Source: Escherichia phage ECO4. Taken from it: 64,000 bases of DNA. The DNA is taken from sequence record NC_054911.1. One strand, 5' to 3'. The notes beneath the pieces are model-generated. The model worked only from the letters and a program-made list of their open reading frames with translations, searched no databases and had not been told where the DNA came from. Position numbers and translations under genes: made by a program. Numbering within the stretch: position 1 is the stretch's first letter; each line of letters opens with the position of its first letter. Shown in pieces: positions 50,357-59,354 of this stretch.

Positions 50357-50492
50357 GATCGCAAATCATGCGTTTATGTAACTTGAGTATAATATAGCAA
50401 ACTTCAAAACTATTTACATGAGTAACACGAACAGCATTACCATTAATGAGATAATACTGTCCCTTTTTAATTTCTTTATCAACCATAACCAT
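50310..50492 (-). CDS. Hypothetical protein (60 aa)
   Basis: ORF downstream of an early promoter. Confidence 0.45.
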   Translation of the reverse strand: MVMVDKEIKKGQYYLINGNAVRVTHVNSFEVCYIILKLHKRMICDRAVFSSVAKEIKLHG

Positions 50493-50519
50493 ATCAATTC
50501 CTCAAAGGCAATTCATATG

Positions 50520-50552
50520 TTAATAATACCACAGTTTGAGCTTGTTGTAAAC
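50520..50552 (-). promoter_or_regulatory. T4-type early promoter-like element
   Basis: GTTTACA ... TGGTATTATTA. Confidence 0.45.
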
Positions 50553-50625
50553 AACTTTGTGAAAATTATTTTAGGGAATGATAAGAAGGGAACGATAGCT
50601 TAGAATGGTAATATACAGAATGTGA

Positions 50626-50650
50626 GAAAGAAAGGCCCAGAGGGCCCGTC
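50626..50650 (-). terminator. Rho-independent terminator (GGGCCC-TCTG-GGCC with flanking T-rich run)
   Basis: Hairpin immediately after the nrdH-like stop. Confidence 0.5.
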
Positions 50651-50974
50651 TTAGTCTTCTATGATATCTCTATCATATCCAAGTGAAATGAGAGTTTCTT
50701 TGAAGTGTTTAATGTTCTTTTGTCTAGAATCATTAATGAAAATGACTGGATAACGAATGTTAAGAGATGTGAATCCAGCGCGTTTAGCAAGAGATACAAT
50801 CAGCGGACGATCATACTCAATCTTACCGTTATTTGTAAGAACTTTATAGAAAGTAAAAGGAGCATTAAGCTCCTTTAGAAGTTTTGTAACTGATTGACAT
50901 CCAGGACAACGACCTACTTCTTCGGGGATGCCATAGATTTCAATCTTATTCTTTAAATTCGAGTTTTGTTCCAC
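50651..50974 (-). CDS. nrdH: Glutaredoxin-like protein NrdH-type (CPGC active site)
   Basis: Redox motif CPGC; probable GTG start 50974 with SD AAGGA; the listed 150-aa form overlaps the upstream ORF. Confidence 0.6.
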   Translation of the reverse strand: MEQNSNLKNKIEIYGIPEEVGRCPGCQSVTKLLKELNAPFTFYKVLTNNGKIEYDRPLIVSLAKRAGFTSLNIRYPVIFINDSRQKNIKHFKETLISLGYDRDIIED

Positions 50975-51257
50975 GAGAAATAATTCCTTGATAAGCCCAG
51001 TATGGCGGGTTAACAGAATCCTCACCAGAGTTTTCTTCAGGAAAATAAACCTGGATAACGAAGCCGGATTCATCAAAGGTGAAATAAGTAGTAGGCAGTT
51101 CACCTAACAAATCGGCACGAGCGTTGATTTCTTCGAGGTCTTGTTCACGTCCAGCCCAGAAGCTTGGGTTCAGACTACATTCATAGAAATAATAGTCATT
51201 ACCGAACATATCAAAACCATTCCAACTCTCTACTACATACCGCTCAAAACTAATCAT
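50946..51257 (-). CDS. Hypothetical acidic protein (103 aa)
   Basis: ORF. Confidence 0.5.
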   Translation of the reverse strand: MISFERYVVESWNGFDMFGNDYYFYECSLNPSFWAGREQDLEEINARADLLGELPTTYFTFDESGFVIQVYFPEENSGEDSVNPPYWAYQGIISRGTKLEFKE

Positions 51258-51259
51258 AA

Positions 51260-51475
51260 TTAAGCCTTTTTATCAAGAACAGCATTCAGCTTGTTAGTAA
51301 TTTTATCCAGACGCTCATTGAACTCGCTAGAAGATAAGCCTTTTTCTGGAGAAATTAAGCTAATCACGAAAAATATAGCAATAAAAGGAATAAGAAAAAT
51401 AGCACCAACTGCCATAAACAGAAAGAATGTTACAGTTGTAAGAAAATCAGCTAAACCTTTACGAAATTTATACAT
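51260..51475 (-). CDS. Membrane protein (71 aa)
   Basis: TM helix FFLFMAVGAIFLIPFIAIFFVISLI. Confidence 0.55.
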   Translation of the reverse strand: MYKFRKGLADFLTTVTFFLFMAVGAIFLIPFIAIFFVISLISPEKGLSSSEFNERLDKITNKLNAVLDKKA

Positions 51476-51590
51476 ATTTTACCCTTAATTGATTAACCAA
51501 GCATTGATAAGCACTAAACTATATTGGGAATAAAATTCTGGACCAAAATGAAAAATCATATCATTTATAGTATCCATAATGTAATTCAAT

Positions 51591-52061
51591 TTAATCATGT
51601 TTCCACACCCCATCGGTATTTGACCAAAGTCGCTGATTATCTGATCCTCGCCACAGCTTTTTGGTCGGAAGATTTTTCTCATACTTCCCATCAATAATAA
51701 CATCAACATATTTAAGCATTTCTAGTTGTTTAATATCTTCAAACTTATATCCTGTCCACAACCAAATGCTTTTATTGGGATAAAGATTTTTAACTGTTTG
51801 AACGATGCAATGAATCACGTCTCTGTTATCAGGATAAAGAGGGTCACCTCCGGTTATAGTTAATCCTTCTATATAATCATTATTCAAACATTCAATTAAT
51901 TGTTCTAGTGTTTCACCAGTGAATGGAATACCATTTCTAGCATTCCATGTTGATTTATTATAACACCCTTCGCATTTATGCAAACAACCTGTAACGAAAA
52001 GAACGACCCTGCATCCAGGGCCATTAACAAAGCAGCACGGGTATATTCTGTCATAATTCAT
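51591..52061 (-). CDS. nrdG: Anaerobic ribonucleotide reductase activating protein NrdG (radical SAM)
   Basis: 156 aa from ATG 52061; CLHKCEGC iron-sulfur motif; ATG overlaps stop of upstream endonuclease ORF. Confidence 0.9.
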   Translation of the reverse strand: MNYDRIYPCCFVNGPGCRVVLFVTGCLHKCEGCYNKSTWNARNGIPFTGETLEQLIECLNNDYIEGLTITGGDPLYPDNRDVIHCIVQTVKNLYPNKSIWLWTGYKFEDIKQLEMLKYVDVIIDGKYEKNLPTKKLWRGSDNQRLWSNTDGVWKHD

Positions 52062-52888
52062 AATAATATCCAATTTTTCCAAGCTTCATCAGTAGAATTA
52101 CAGCGTTTTAGTATAAGATGTCTAGAAACTTTTATGGCATTTGAGCACTTTTTAATTGAATCATATTTAATACCGTCAACTGAAACGGTTTTGCTAATTG
52201 GAGAAATTTTTCCATACATTGGATTTTTTGAACCAACTTGAAGTCCTTTTAAAGCTTTTGAAAGCTTTTGTCTAGATTCCAATGACATGGGAGAATTCTT
52301 TTTACCTTCAATAATTCGCTTGCGATGAAGTTCGCGTTCTTCTTCACTCAAAGAATTGTAATATTTTTTAACACCGTTTGATATAGATAATTTATCTTTC
52401 TCAGACCGCTCTCCAGCTAATTTACTTCTAACATCTTTTCGCTTCATAGCTATGCTTACGGCTTTATTTAAATTTGCTTGATGCTCTGGCGTACGTTTAT
52501 ATTTCTTTAAAGCACGTGAAATAGCTATTTTAGTTTCTTCTGTTCTCTTTTTACCTTTATTTGCTAAACTATTTTTGCGGCGATGTTCAAGTGTCTGTTC
52601 ATAGGCAGTTCCACCTTTTCCACCAGGTTTAATATTATATGTATTTTCTTTTAGACAATACTCTTCGGTTACAAGTTCAGCTTCTTTATCATACATCTGT
52701 TTTTCATTATCAAAAACATGTAAAATTTCTTTATTAAAATTTTTTCTACCATATTTTAATAAAGCGGCACGAATCAATGTTCCTGACCCCATATAACCGT
52801 CATTTATGTTATCGGTGCTATGCGCACCGATATATTCCTTTGAATTAATTATATTTGTTATTTTATAAATTATATAATACCTATGCAT
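52058..52888 (-). mobile_element. Free-standing GIY-YIG homing endonuclease (276 aa) between nrdD and nrdG
   Basis: N-terminus YIIYKITNIINSKEYIGAH (GIY-YIG), NUMOD3-like repeats, C-terminal HTH-like VDGIKYDSIKKCSNAIKVSRHLILKRCNS resembling I-TevI architecture. Confidence 0.75.
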
Positions 52889-54698
52889 GTTTTACTCGTT
52901 TTACCATTTCTTTCATTTTACCTAAATTCCATGGAACAACGCTAGGAGTTCCAAGATATCCGCATGTTCTTCTTATTGTATTCATCTTTTTAGGATCAGT
53001 TTCTCCACAAATAGAACAAATAAATCCGCTTTCAGTAGGAGTCATTTCATGGGTGCTTCCGCATGTAAAACATTTATCTACTGGCATATTAACACCAAAA
53101 TAATCTAAATGTTGTGCAGCATAATCCCATACGGCCTCAAGACCCTTTAAGTTATTTTTCATATCAGGAAGTTCAACATAAGAAATGTGACCACCTGTCG
53201 CAATGAAATGATATGGTGCTTCTCGAGAAATCTTTTCAAACGGAGTAATATTTTCTTCTACTGAAACATGGAAACTGTTAGTGTACCAGCCTTTATCAGT
53301 AACATCCTTTACACTTCCATATTTTTCTGTATCAAGTTTACAGAAGCGATAACAAAGGTTTTCAGCAGGAGTCGAATATAAACTAAAAGCAAATCCAGTT
53401 CTTTCAGTCCACTGTTTAAGATGAGCATTCATTTTAGTTAAAATTTCTTGCCCGATATCACGTCCAACAAGAATATTCAATTCATGAATACCAATGTATC
53501 CTAGGGACACTGAACTTCTACCGTTTTTAAATAACTCAATTATGTCGTCATCAGGTTTAAGACGAACCCCGAATGCACCTTCTTGGTAAAGAATAGGAGC
53601 AACAGTCGCTTTAACTCCTTTTAAGGAACTAATTCTACACATCAAAGCTTCAAAACACAAATCCATACGTTCATTGAATAATTCAACAAATTTCTGTTCG
53701 TTAAATTGTGTTCCAATATAAGAATCTAATGCAATGCGAGGAAGATTCAGTGTTACAACACCAAGATTATTACGTCCATCAAGAATTTCATTACCAGTCG
53801 AATCTTTCCATACGCTCAAGAAACTACGGCAACCCATTGGAGAAACAGGAATAGATGAACCGGTGATAGCTTTATTATTCTTAACTGAAATAATATCAGG
53901 ATACATCCTTTTGCTTGCACACTCTAGAGCAAGCTGCTTAATATCATAGTTCGGATCGTCTTTATAAAGATTAACGCCTTCTTCAACGAACATAACAAGT
54001 TTAGGAAAAATAGGAGTTATCCCATCACGACCAAGACCTTTAATACGATTTTTCAGAATTGCTTTCTGAATCATTCGTTCAGTCCAGTCAGTTCCCGTAC
54101 CAAATGTAATTGTTACAAAGGGAGTCTGTCCGTTTGAACTAAAGAGAGTATTTACTTCATATTCATAAGCTTGGAATGCATCGTATACGTCTTTTTCTGT
54201 TTTAGATTGGGCATAATTCAGTGCATCGGCGATTTGCCATTTTTCTGCGTCCTCGATATGTTTTGCATAGGTGCGTTTAACATAAGGAGAAAGTACTTTA
54301 TCTACATTAGCAAAAGTCGTTCCGCCATATTGATGGGAAGCAACTTGCGCAGTAATTTGTGCCATAATTGCAGTAGCAACGCCAATTGATTTAGGAGTTT
54401 CAATCTGTGCATTACCAAGCTTAAATCCGTTTTCAAGCATTCCTTTTAAATCTACTAAACAACAATTAGTAAATGGAAGAGCAGGGGAATAATCAATATC
54501 ATGGAAATGAATAATTCCGCTTTCATGCGCTTTCATAATAAAAGACGGGACCATATTTTTGGCAATGTGTTTAGACACAATACCAGCCATAAGGTCCCGT
54601 TGAGTTGGAAAAACACGAGAATCTTTATTAGCATTCTCGTTTAAAAGGTCTTTATTAGTTTTATGAATCAATCCTTCAATTTCTTTTTCAATTGTCAT
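52881..54698 (-). CDS. nrdD: Anaerobic ribonucleoside-triphosphate reductase NrdD (class III), intronless
   Basis: 605 aa continuous ORF; C-terminal glycyl-radical motif RRTCGYLG. Confidence 0.95.
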   Translation of the reverse strand: MTIEKEIEGLIHKTNKDLLNENANKDSRVFPTQRDLMAGIVSKHIAKNMVPSFIMKAHESGIIHFHDIDYSPALPFTNCCLVDLKGMLENGFKLGNAQIETPKSIGVATAIMAQITAQVASHQYGGTTFANVDKVLSPYVKRTYAKHIEDAEKWQIADALNYAQSKTEKDVYDAFQAYEYEVNTLFSSNGQTPFVTITFGTGTDWTERMIQKAILKNRIKGLGRDGITPIFPKLVMFVEEGVNLYKDDPNYDIKQLALECASKRMYPDIISVKNNKAITGSSIPVSPMGCRSFLSVWKDSTGNEILDGRNNLGVVTLNLPRIALDSYIGTQFNEQKFVELFNERMDLCFEALMCRISSLKGVKATVAPILYQEGAFGVRLKPDDDIIELFKNGRSSVSLGYIGIHELNILVGRDIGQEILTKMNAHLKQWTERTGFAFSLYSTPAENLCYRFCKLDTEKYGSVKDVTDKGWYTNSFHVSVEENITPFEKISREAPYHFIATGGHISYVELPDMKNNLKGLEAVWDYAAQHLDYFGVNMPVDKCFTCGSTHEMTPTESGFICSICGETDPKKMNTIRRTCGYLGTPSVVPWNLGKMKEMVKRVKHA

Positions 54699-55168
54699 TT
54701 TAAACTCTTTCTAAGCTGCTTCTTAAATGAAGCTATTAATTGTGTTTTGGTGTCAAATTCATTATATTCAAATCCTCTTTGAAGCATCTCAGCCATCATT
54801 TCCTCTTTTCCTAAACGAGAAAATTCCTTTGATTTATCTCCAACGAAGTTAGGGTGAATATTATTTTGGGTGTAATCGGATTTTAAATAAGTAAGTAAAT
54901 TTTCTAACCATTCAAGATAATCAACACCCTGTCCCTTTAATCCAGAACGATTAAATTTATGCTTCATTTGACCTTCTGCAGCATTGCAGAGATTACAGAG
55001 CAATCCACGTACCTTTCCTGCTTTTGGTCCATTTAATTCATGGTCATGGTCAAGGTGATTAGCTTGAACATCAGGATTTAATTCTCGTTGGCAAATTAAG
55101 CATTTACCGTTTTGTGCATTATAAAATTTCTGTTTTTCTTCTTTATATAATTTGCCAGTCAATAACAT
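54695..55168 (-). CDS. 49: Endonuclease VII (Holliday junction resolvase) gp49
   Basis: 157 aa, zinc-binding CLICQ...CNLC, matches T4 endo VII. Confidence 0.9.
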   Translation of the reverse strand: MLLTGKLYKEEKQKFYNAQNGKCLICQRELNPDVQANHLDHDHELNGPKAGKVRGLLCNLCNAAEGQMKHKFNRSGLKGQGVDYLEWLENLLTYLKSDYTQNNIHPNFVGDKSKEFSRLGKEEMMAEMLQRGFEYNEFDTKTQLIASFKKQLRKSLK

Positions 55169-55175
55169 AATAAAA

Positions 55176-55198
55176 CCCTTACCTTAAATAGATAAGGG
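55176..55198 (-). promoter_or_regulatory. Hairpin (CCCTTA / TAAGGG) immediately upstream of the gene 49 start, embedding the SD
   Basis: Seen directly; T4 gene 49 translation is known to be modulated by an upstream hairpin. Confidence 0.4.
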
Positions 55199-55208
55199 TA
55201 TTTATTAT

Positions 55209-55256
55209 TTTCAAGTATTGTAAAACATTCGATGCAATCGCTTATATTGTCGAATC
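55209..55256 (-). repeat. Direct repeat copy A (48 bp)
   Basis: 45/48 identical to 55422..55469; covers the 3' end of the 58-aa ORF. Confidence 0.85.
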
Positions 55257-55387
55257 ATCTTTTTAGTAGGACGAGAATAGGTTCCTACGCAAGTGGTCAT
55301 ATGAGGGTCCGTAGAATGTCCTTTAATAAAAAGTTTCCAAACCTTACCGCCATTTAACTTTTCAGTATAAACCAATTCGGTTTTCAT
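55211..55387 (-). CDS. Small ORF (58 aa) whose last 13 aa duplicate the C-terminus of the downstream 161-aa protein
   Basis: Ends ...QYKRLHRMFYNT versus ...QYKRLNQMFYNT in the neighbour. Confidence 0.4.
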   Translation of the reverse strand: MKTELVYTEKLNGGKVWKLFIKGHSTDPHMTTCVGTYSRPTKKMIRQYKRLHRMFYNT

Positions 55388-55421
55388 TAAAATGTCCTGT
55401 CAGAAAAAGAATTTTGAGTTT

Positions 55422-55469
55422 TTTCAAGTATTGTAAAACATTTGATTCAATCGCTTATATTGCCGAATC
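55422..55469 (-). repeat. Direct repeat copy B (48 bp)
   Basis: Covers the 3' end of ORF 55424..55909. Confidence 0.85.
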
Positions 55470-55909
55470 TTTTGGTCAGAAAAAGAAATTTGAGTTTCAA
55501 GCCATTCAATGTACTCTGCGGCAGCTTGCATTAAATTTCCTTCATAACCATCGTTATTTTCTTGTGCAGCTAATTTAGCTAATGCGTATGAAATACGTTC
55601 ACCTTGAAAATCGGCTTTAGGCTTCTGAACAACTTGATTAGTTCGCTCTACAACTTCTTCAATTTCGCCATTTTCGACTGATTCAGTATTCCACAAGCAC
55701 CAATACGTAATTGGCTTATCATAGATGTTAATAATCTTTCCGTCGGAAAGTTCAATTTCAATAATTCCAGTATCAGGCTCTATATCATCTTCACATTCTT
55801 TTGCAAGTTCACGAACTTTAAAGACAGTACCTGCACTAAGTTCCGGCCAGTAATTACATAGCCCTGTATCAACACGATTAATTCTAAACCACTTATCTAC
55901 TGTAATCAT
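55424..55909 (-). CDS. Hypothetical protein (161 aa), possibly Pin (protease inhibitor)-like by position and size
   Basis: ATG 55909 with SD GGAG; located between 49 and nrdC; identity not verified. Confidence 0.5.
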   Translation of the reverse strand: MITVDKWFRINRVDTGLCNYWPELSAGTVFKVRELAKECEDDIEPDTGIIEIELSDGKIINIYDKPITYWCLWNTESVENGEIEEVVERTNQVVQKPKADFQGERISYALAKLAAQENNDGYEGNLMQAAAEYIEWLETQISFSDQKIRQYKRLNQMFYNT

Positions 55910-56031
55910 GTCCCATCTCCATATCAATTAAGTCATTTATTGTAGGTTCATTATATACTGTTTCTTCATCAGTGTAAACCGGTTCTTCCGGCTCTGGCTC
56001 TACAGTTTCCCATCTAACCGCCCACCAAGGT

Positions 56032-56241
56032 TTAACCCCGAAGCTTATTAAGTTCTTCATAATCAATCCAGGATTCTAATCCTGATGGCAAATCAGATTC
56101 AATTTCCCAAAGAAGCTCTTCAATTTTCTGAAGACGATCTAGTTCTTCGGCTGGAATAGTAACCATTGACGGAGTTCTTGATACACTAATATCGTAAATC
56201 ATATTTACCCCAGTTTGACCATGCAATCGCCGTATTTCCAC
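56032..56241 (-). CDS. Hypothetical protein (69 aa)
   Basis: ORF. Confidence 0.45.
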   Translation of the reverse strand: MEIRRLHGQTGVNMIYDISVSRTPSMVTIPAEELDRLQKIEELLWEIESDLPSGLESWIDYEELNKLRG

Positions 56242-56420
56242 TTAGAAATAGACTTTTCGCCATTAGAATAATAAACTTCGAGTTTAGCACGATTATTTTT
56301 AATTTGAATAACCTTGGCTGTCATCAAAGTTCCATACCCATAATAAACTGCAACCTCATCACCTACATATACCGCGCTTCCGCGGTAGTCATGGATATAA
56401 TCAGTTCCTTCGAGCATCAT
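56205..56420 (-). CDS. Hypothetical protein (71 aa)
   Basis: ORF. Confidence 0.45.
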   Translation of the reverse strand: MMLEGTDYIHDYRGSAVYVGDEVAVYYGYGTLMTAKVIQIKNNRAKLEVYYSNGEKSISKWKYGDCMVKLG

Positions 56421-56680
56421 TTAAAGTATTCCCGCAATTGGTCAAATCCACCAATATGACTTCCATCAGGAGCAAATACCTGGGGCATTGTCAATCCAAT
56501 TTGAGTATCACGACCTAGTTTAGTCAGAAGCTCAGCGATTTTCTCATCATCAAAAACACCTTTTTCCGGCATAATGTTAATAAATTCAAACGGCTGTTTC
56601 TTCACGGTCAAAAGACGTTTTGCATTATCGCAATACACACATTTATGAATGTTGCTATCATAACCATATACTTTAAACAT
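56417..56680 (-). CDS. nrdC: Thioredoxin/glutaredoxin NrdC
   Basis: 87 aa, CVYC active site, matches T4 NrdC. Confidence 0.85.
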   Translation of the reverse strand: MFKVYGYDSNIHKCVYCDNAKRLLTVKKQPFEFINIMPEKGVFDDEKIAELLTKLGRDTQIGLTMPQVFAPDGSHIGGFDQLREYFK

Positions 56681-56681
56681 A

Positions 56682-56924
56682 TTATTCCTTAATTCCTAGT
56701 ACTTGTTTAAAAGTCTCGTCGTAATCAAGACTTTGGCCTGTTTGTTCTTTATGTTTGTATATAATATCACTTACTTCTGATAGCATATTTTTATATGAAC
56801 GAGTTAAAGCAGATTTAAGTACGCTGTACCTATCAGGAAATTTACCATGTTCATTATAATAAGCTATTGCTAATTCACGGACTGCCTTTTCAGCAGCCTC
56901 CATATATTCTTTACGCTTGGTCAT
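56682..56924 (-). CDS. Hypothetical protein (80 aa)
   Basis: ORF. Confidence 0.5.
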   Translation of the reverse strand: MTKRKEYMEAAEKAVRELAIAYYNEHGKFPDRYSVLKSALTRSYKNMLSEVSDIIYKHKEQTGQSLDYDETFKQVLGIKE

Positions 56925-56926
56925 TT

Positions 56927-57316
56927 TTAATCCAAAATATTATTAGGCATTGGTTGAACACTCACAAGTTCTTTAAAGAACTCAGTAGAGTCAGGCAATT
57001 TAACCATTTCCGGAGCATGCTTACTGAATTTATGTTTACATTGACGGCATTTATATTCAAGCTCTGGTTTACGCCAGTTAATCAACTGAACTTGTTCAGT
57101 ACCGCATTCAGGGCAATTAGGAACGTTTTTAGAAGCTCTTTCACGTCGTTCAACCATAGCCATAATAGCATCCCATGCTGGAGGTTTAAAATCTAAATCA
57201 TCGCAGCCGTGAATCTTTCCACGCATTTCCATATCATCTTCCTCACCAGCCATAATAATTTTAATTAGACTAGAATTACTTGAAGCTGCAATGTCTTCTA
57301 ATAAACGCTTTTTCAT
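56927..57316 (-). CDS. Zinc-ribbon protein (129 aa; CPECG...CRQCKH)
   Basis: Two CxxC pairs; ATGA coupling to upstream gene. Confidence 0.55.
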   Translation of the reverse strand: MKKRLLEDIAASSNSSLIKIIMAGEEDDMEMRGKIHGCDDLDFKPPAWDAIMAMVERRERASKNVPNCPECGTEQVQLINWRKPELEYKCRQCKHKFSKHAPEMVKLPDSTEFFKELVSVQPMPNNILD

Positions 57317-58242
57317 TTCAATACCTCAATAGCATTACGTAAACCATTTGCTTTGGCGGTTAAAGCCTTAAGAACTTTAGTATGCTCTTCAATTTGTTTT
57401 TCAACTTCAGTCAAACGGGCATTGAGATATTCACGTTCTTCACCCAGATTATCAACCTTTTCTACTTTAGGCTCTTTTACAACTGTCTTATATGTATTAG
57501 GGTTCTTCAGTTTAATTAGAATGCGTGAACTGTATAACATTGAACCATTATCTTCGGTTTCGTCATACATTTCCACTACGTCCATAATTTTTAACATCAT
57601 GCGGAGTTTATAAGACAACGAACGAATAGTTTTGTTGTGCTTATTAATTTCTTTAGCTGTCATGGTGCCGAGATTACGTGAGTAATAATAAGGAACCTGG
57701 ATATTAATTAATACTGATGAACCACCTGGCTTGTGTGTTACTTCATCAGCAATAACCCAATCCTTAACATGAACTGTATTTGTACGGTCATCGCCCGCGG
57801 TAAATAGTTTGCGAGCATGCTTAAAAAGCATATTCACTTGGTCATTGAATTGACAAGCAAATTTATCAGCAAATTTAGTTTCAGGAATGGTAGATAACCA
57901 ATCAGCCAAATGGGTCTTTTTAACATCGTTAACAATAGTAAATTCAACCAAATCGGTTATAGATGTCGCAGATTTAATGAAGCTCGGCTTCATAAAGTTT
58001 TTAATGTTATCGCGAGCTACGGTAGAAGATAACATACGAGAACGTTTAAACCATTCAAGCAAATTGCCTAACGAATGAGAATAAGCGTTTTGAGTATCTT
58101 TACAGATATGATTTTCCTGGCCAACATATTGAAGGAAATCACGAAGAATATTATTGATTACTGCTCTGTGCCCGATCTGATAATTACGGTGTTTAGTAAT
58201 AAGACTGTCAAAATAATCAATATAATGTTTACGAGTTTTCAT
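57313..58242 (-). CDS. Paralog family member 1 (309 aa) with C-terminal coiled coil
   Basis: N-terminus MKTRKHYIDYF..., C-terminal heptad-rich ...[31 protein letters not shown]. Confidence 0.65.
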   Translation of the reverse strand: MKTRKHYIDYFDSLITKHRNYQIGHRAVINNILRDFLQYVGQENHICKDTQNAYSHSLGNLLEWFKRSRMLSSTVARDNIKNFMKPSFIKSATSITDLVEFTIVNDVKKTHLADWLSTIPETKFADKFACQFNDQVNMLFKHARKLFTAGDDRTNTVHVKDWVIADEVTHKPGGSSVLINIQVPYYYSRNLGTMTAKEINKHNKTIRSLSYKLRMMLKIMDVVEMYDETEDNGSMLYSSRILIKLKNPNTYKTVVKEPKVEKVDNLGEEREYLNARLTEVEKQIEEHTKVLKALTAKANGLRNAIEVLK

Positions 58243-58294
58243 GTTCTTCTCACTTGGTTAATGATTTATACTCCGAGCCATCCTTGGCTTTAAA

Positions 58295-59296
58295 TTACTT
58301 AATTAACTGTAAAGCTTGTTCAAGACGATCCAAGCGATTAACAGATTCTTCCCAAATCTTTTTAGCCTTCTCATATTCTTTCTGCGCTTTATTAGAAATT
58401 TCTAGAACTTCTTTATAAGCTTTTTCTAGTGCAACAACTTCTGGACGAATTTCTACCGGTTCAGGTGAATCATCAAGATTATCCATTAGTTCCTCAAGGG
58501 TAGTTTCTTCTTTAGGAGTATTCACAATTTCATCACATTTTTGTTGATAAATTTCTTTATCAGTAGGTGAGTACGCGCACTTTACTTCACGAAGACTAAT
58601 TACAATTTTATATCCTTCCCAACCGCATATATTCTTAAAAGGATATGTATGAATATTTTCTACTGTTTCCATACAAAGTAATGCGGTCTCTAATTGACGA
58701 GTTATAGTGCTAGCAATTGAGAAAAATTTATTAATATTCTTTTGGTTAGTTTCTGGTGTAAAAAATCCATAATTCACAAAAATAGATACTTTATTTTTAT
58801 CAAGTTCATATTCTTTTATGATAATCATATCAGAAGCCAAAGGATGAATTTGACGATAATCGCCATAACATAATTTAGAAGCTGATTTTAGAATCTGTCC
58901 TTTGAAAAGTCTGAAATTACTAATCCAACGACGAGTAAAAATATTCTCAGGGTCTTCTTTATTATTAAGATGATAAGAATTAACATCACCGAACCAATTA
59001 TATCCTACTACATCTTTGGTTCGTTTAATTTCTTTCCCAAAATTACCAAGAATATCCCGATTAACCAAATATGAAAGAAGACGAGACTCTTTAAAGGTTT
59101 TCTTGATAACATCTTTATCTACACGGCTAGAAATTTTACGAATTTCATGAATAAATTTAGTAGAAGAAACAATACTTGCATCAACACTATTGAGCCATTG
59201 ATTGATAATAGAAAGAACGCTATTCTGACTAGACACAGGTTTAACTTTATCATCAATAACGCTATTGAATGATTTGATATATTCGTTACGAGTCAT
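58295..59296 (-). CDS. Paralog family member 2 (333 aa) with C-terminal coiled coil
   Basis: ATG 59296 (MTRNEYIKSF...) with SD GGAG; shared internal motif W..F.LF.GQILKSASKL. Confidence 0.65.
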   Translation of the reverse strand: MTRNEYIKSFNSVIDDKVKPVSSQNSVLSIINQWLNSVDASIVSSTKFIHEIRKISSRVDKDVIKKTFKESRLLSYLVNRDILGNFGKEIKRTKDVVGYNWFGDVNSYHLNNKEDPENIFTRRWISNFRLFKGQILKSASKLCYGDYRQIHPLASDMIIIKEYELDKNKVSIFVNYGFFTPETNQKNINKFFSIASTITRQLETALLCMETVENIHTYPFKNICGWEGYKIVISLREVKCAYSPTDKEIYQQKCDEIVNTPKEETTLEELMDNLDDSPEPVEIRPEVVALEKAYKEVLEISNKAQKEYEKAKKIWEESVNRLDRLEQALQLIK

Positions 59297-59324
59297 AATA
59301 ATCTCCTCAGTAGAAAGTAAGAAC

Positions 59325-59354
59325 ATTATACCACATCCTTGTGGCAAAGTAAAC
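59325..59354 (-). promoter_or_regulatory. T4-type early promoter (GTTTAC, 18 nt, TATAAT with TGG prefix)
   Basis: Near-identical to the 13647..13676 element. Confidence 0.6.
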
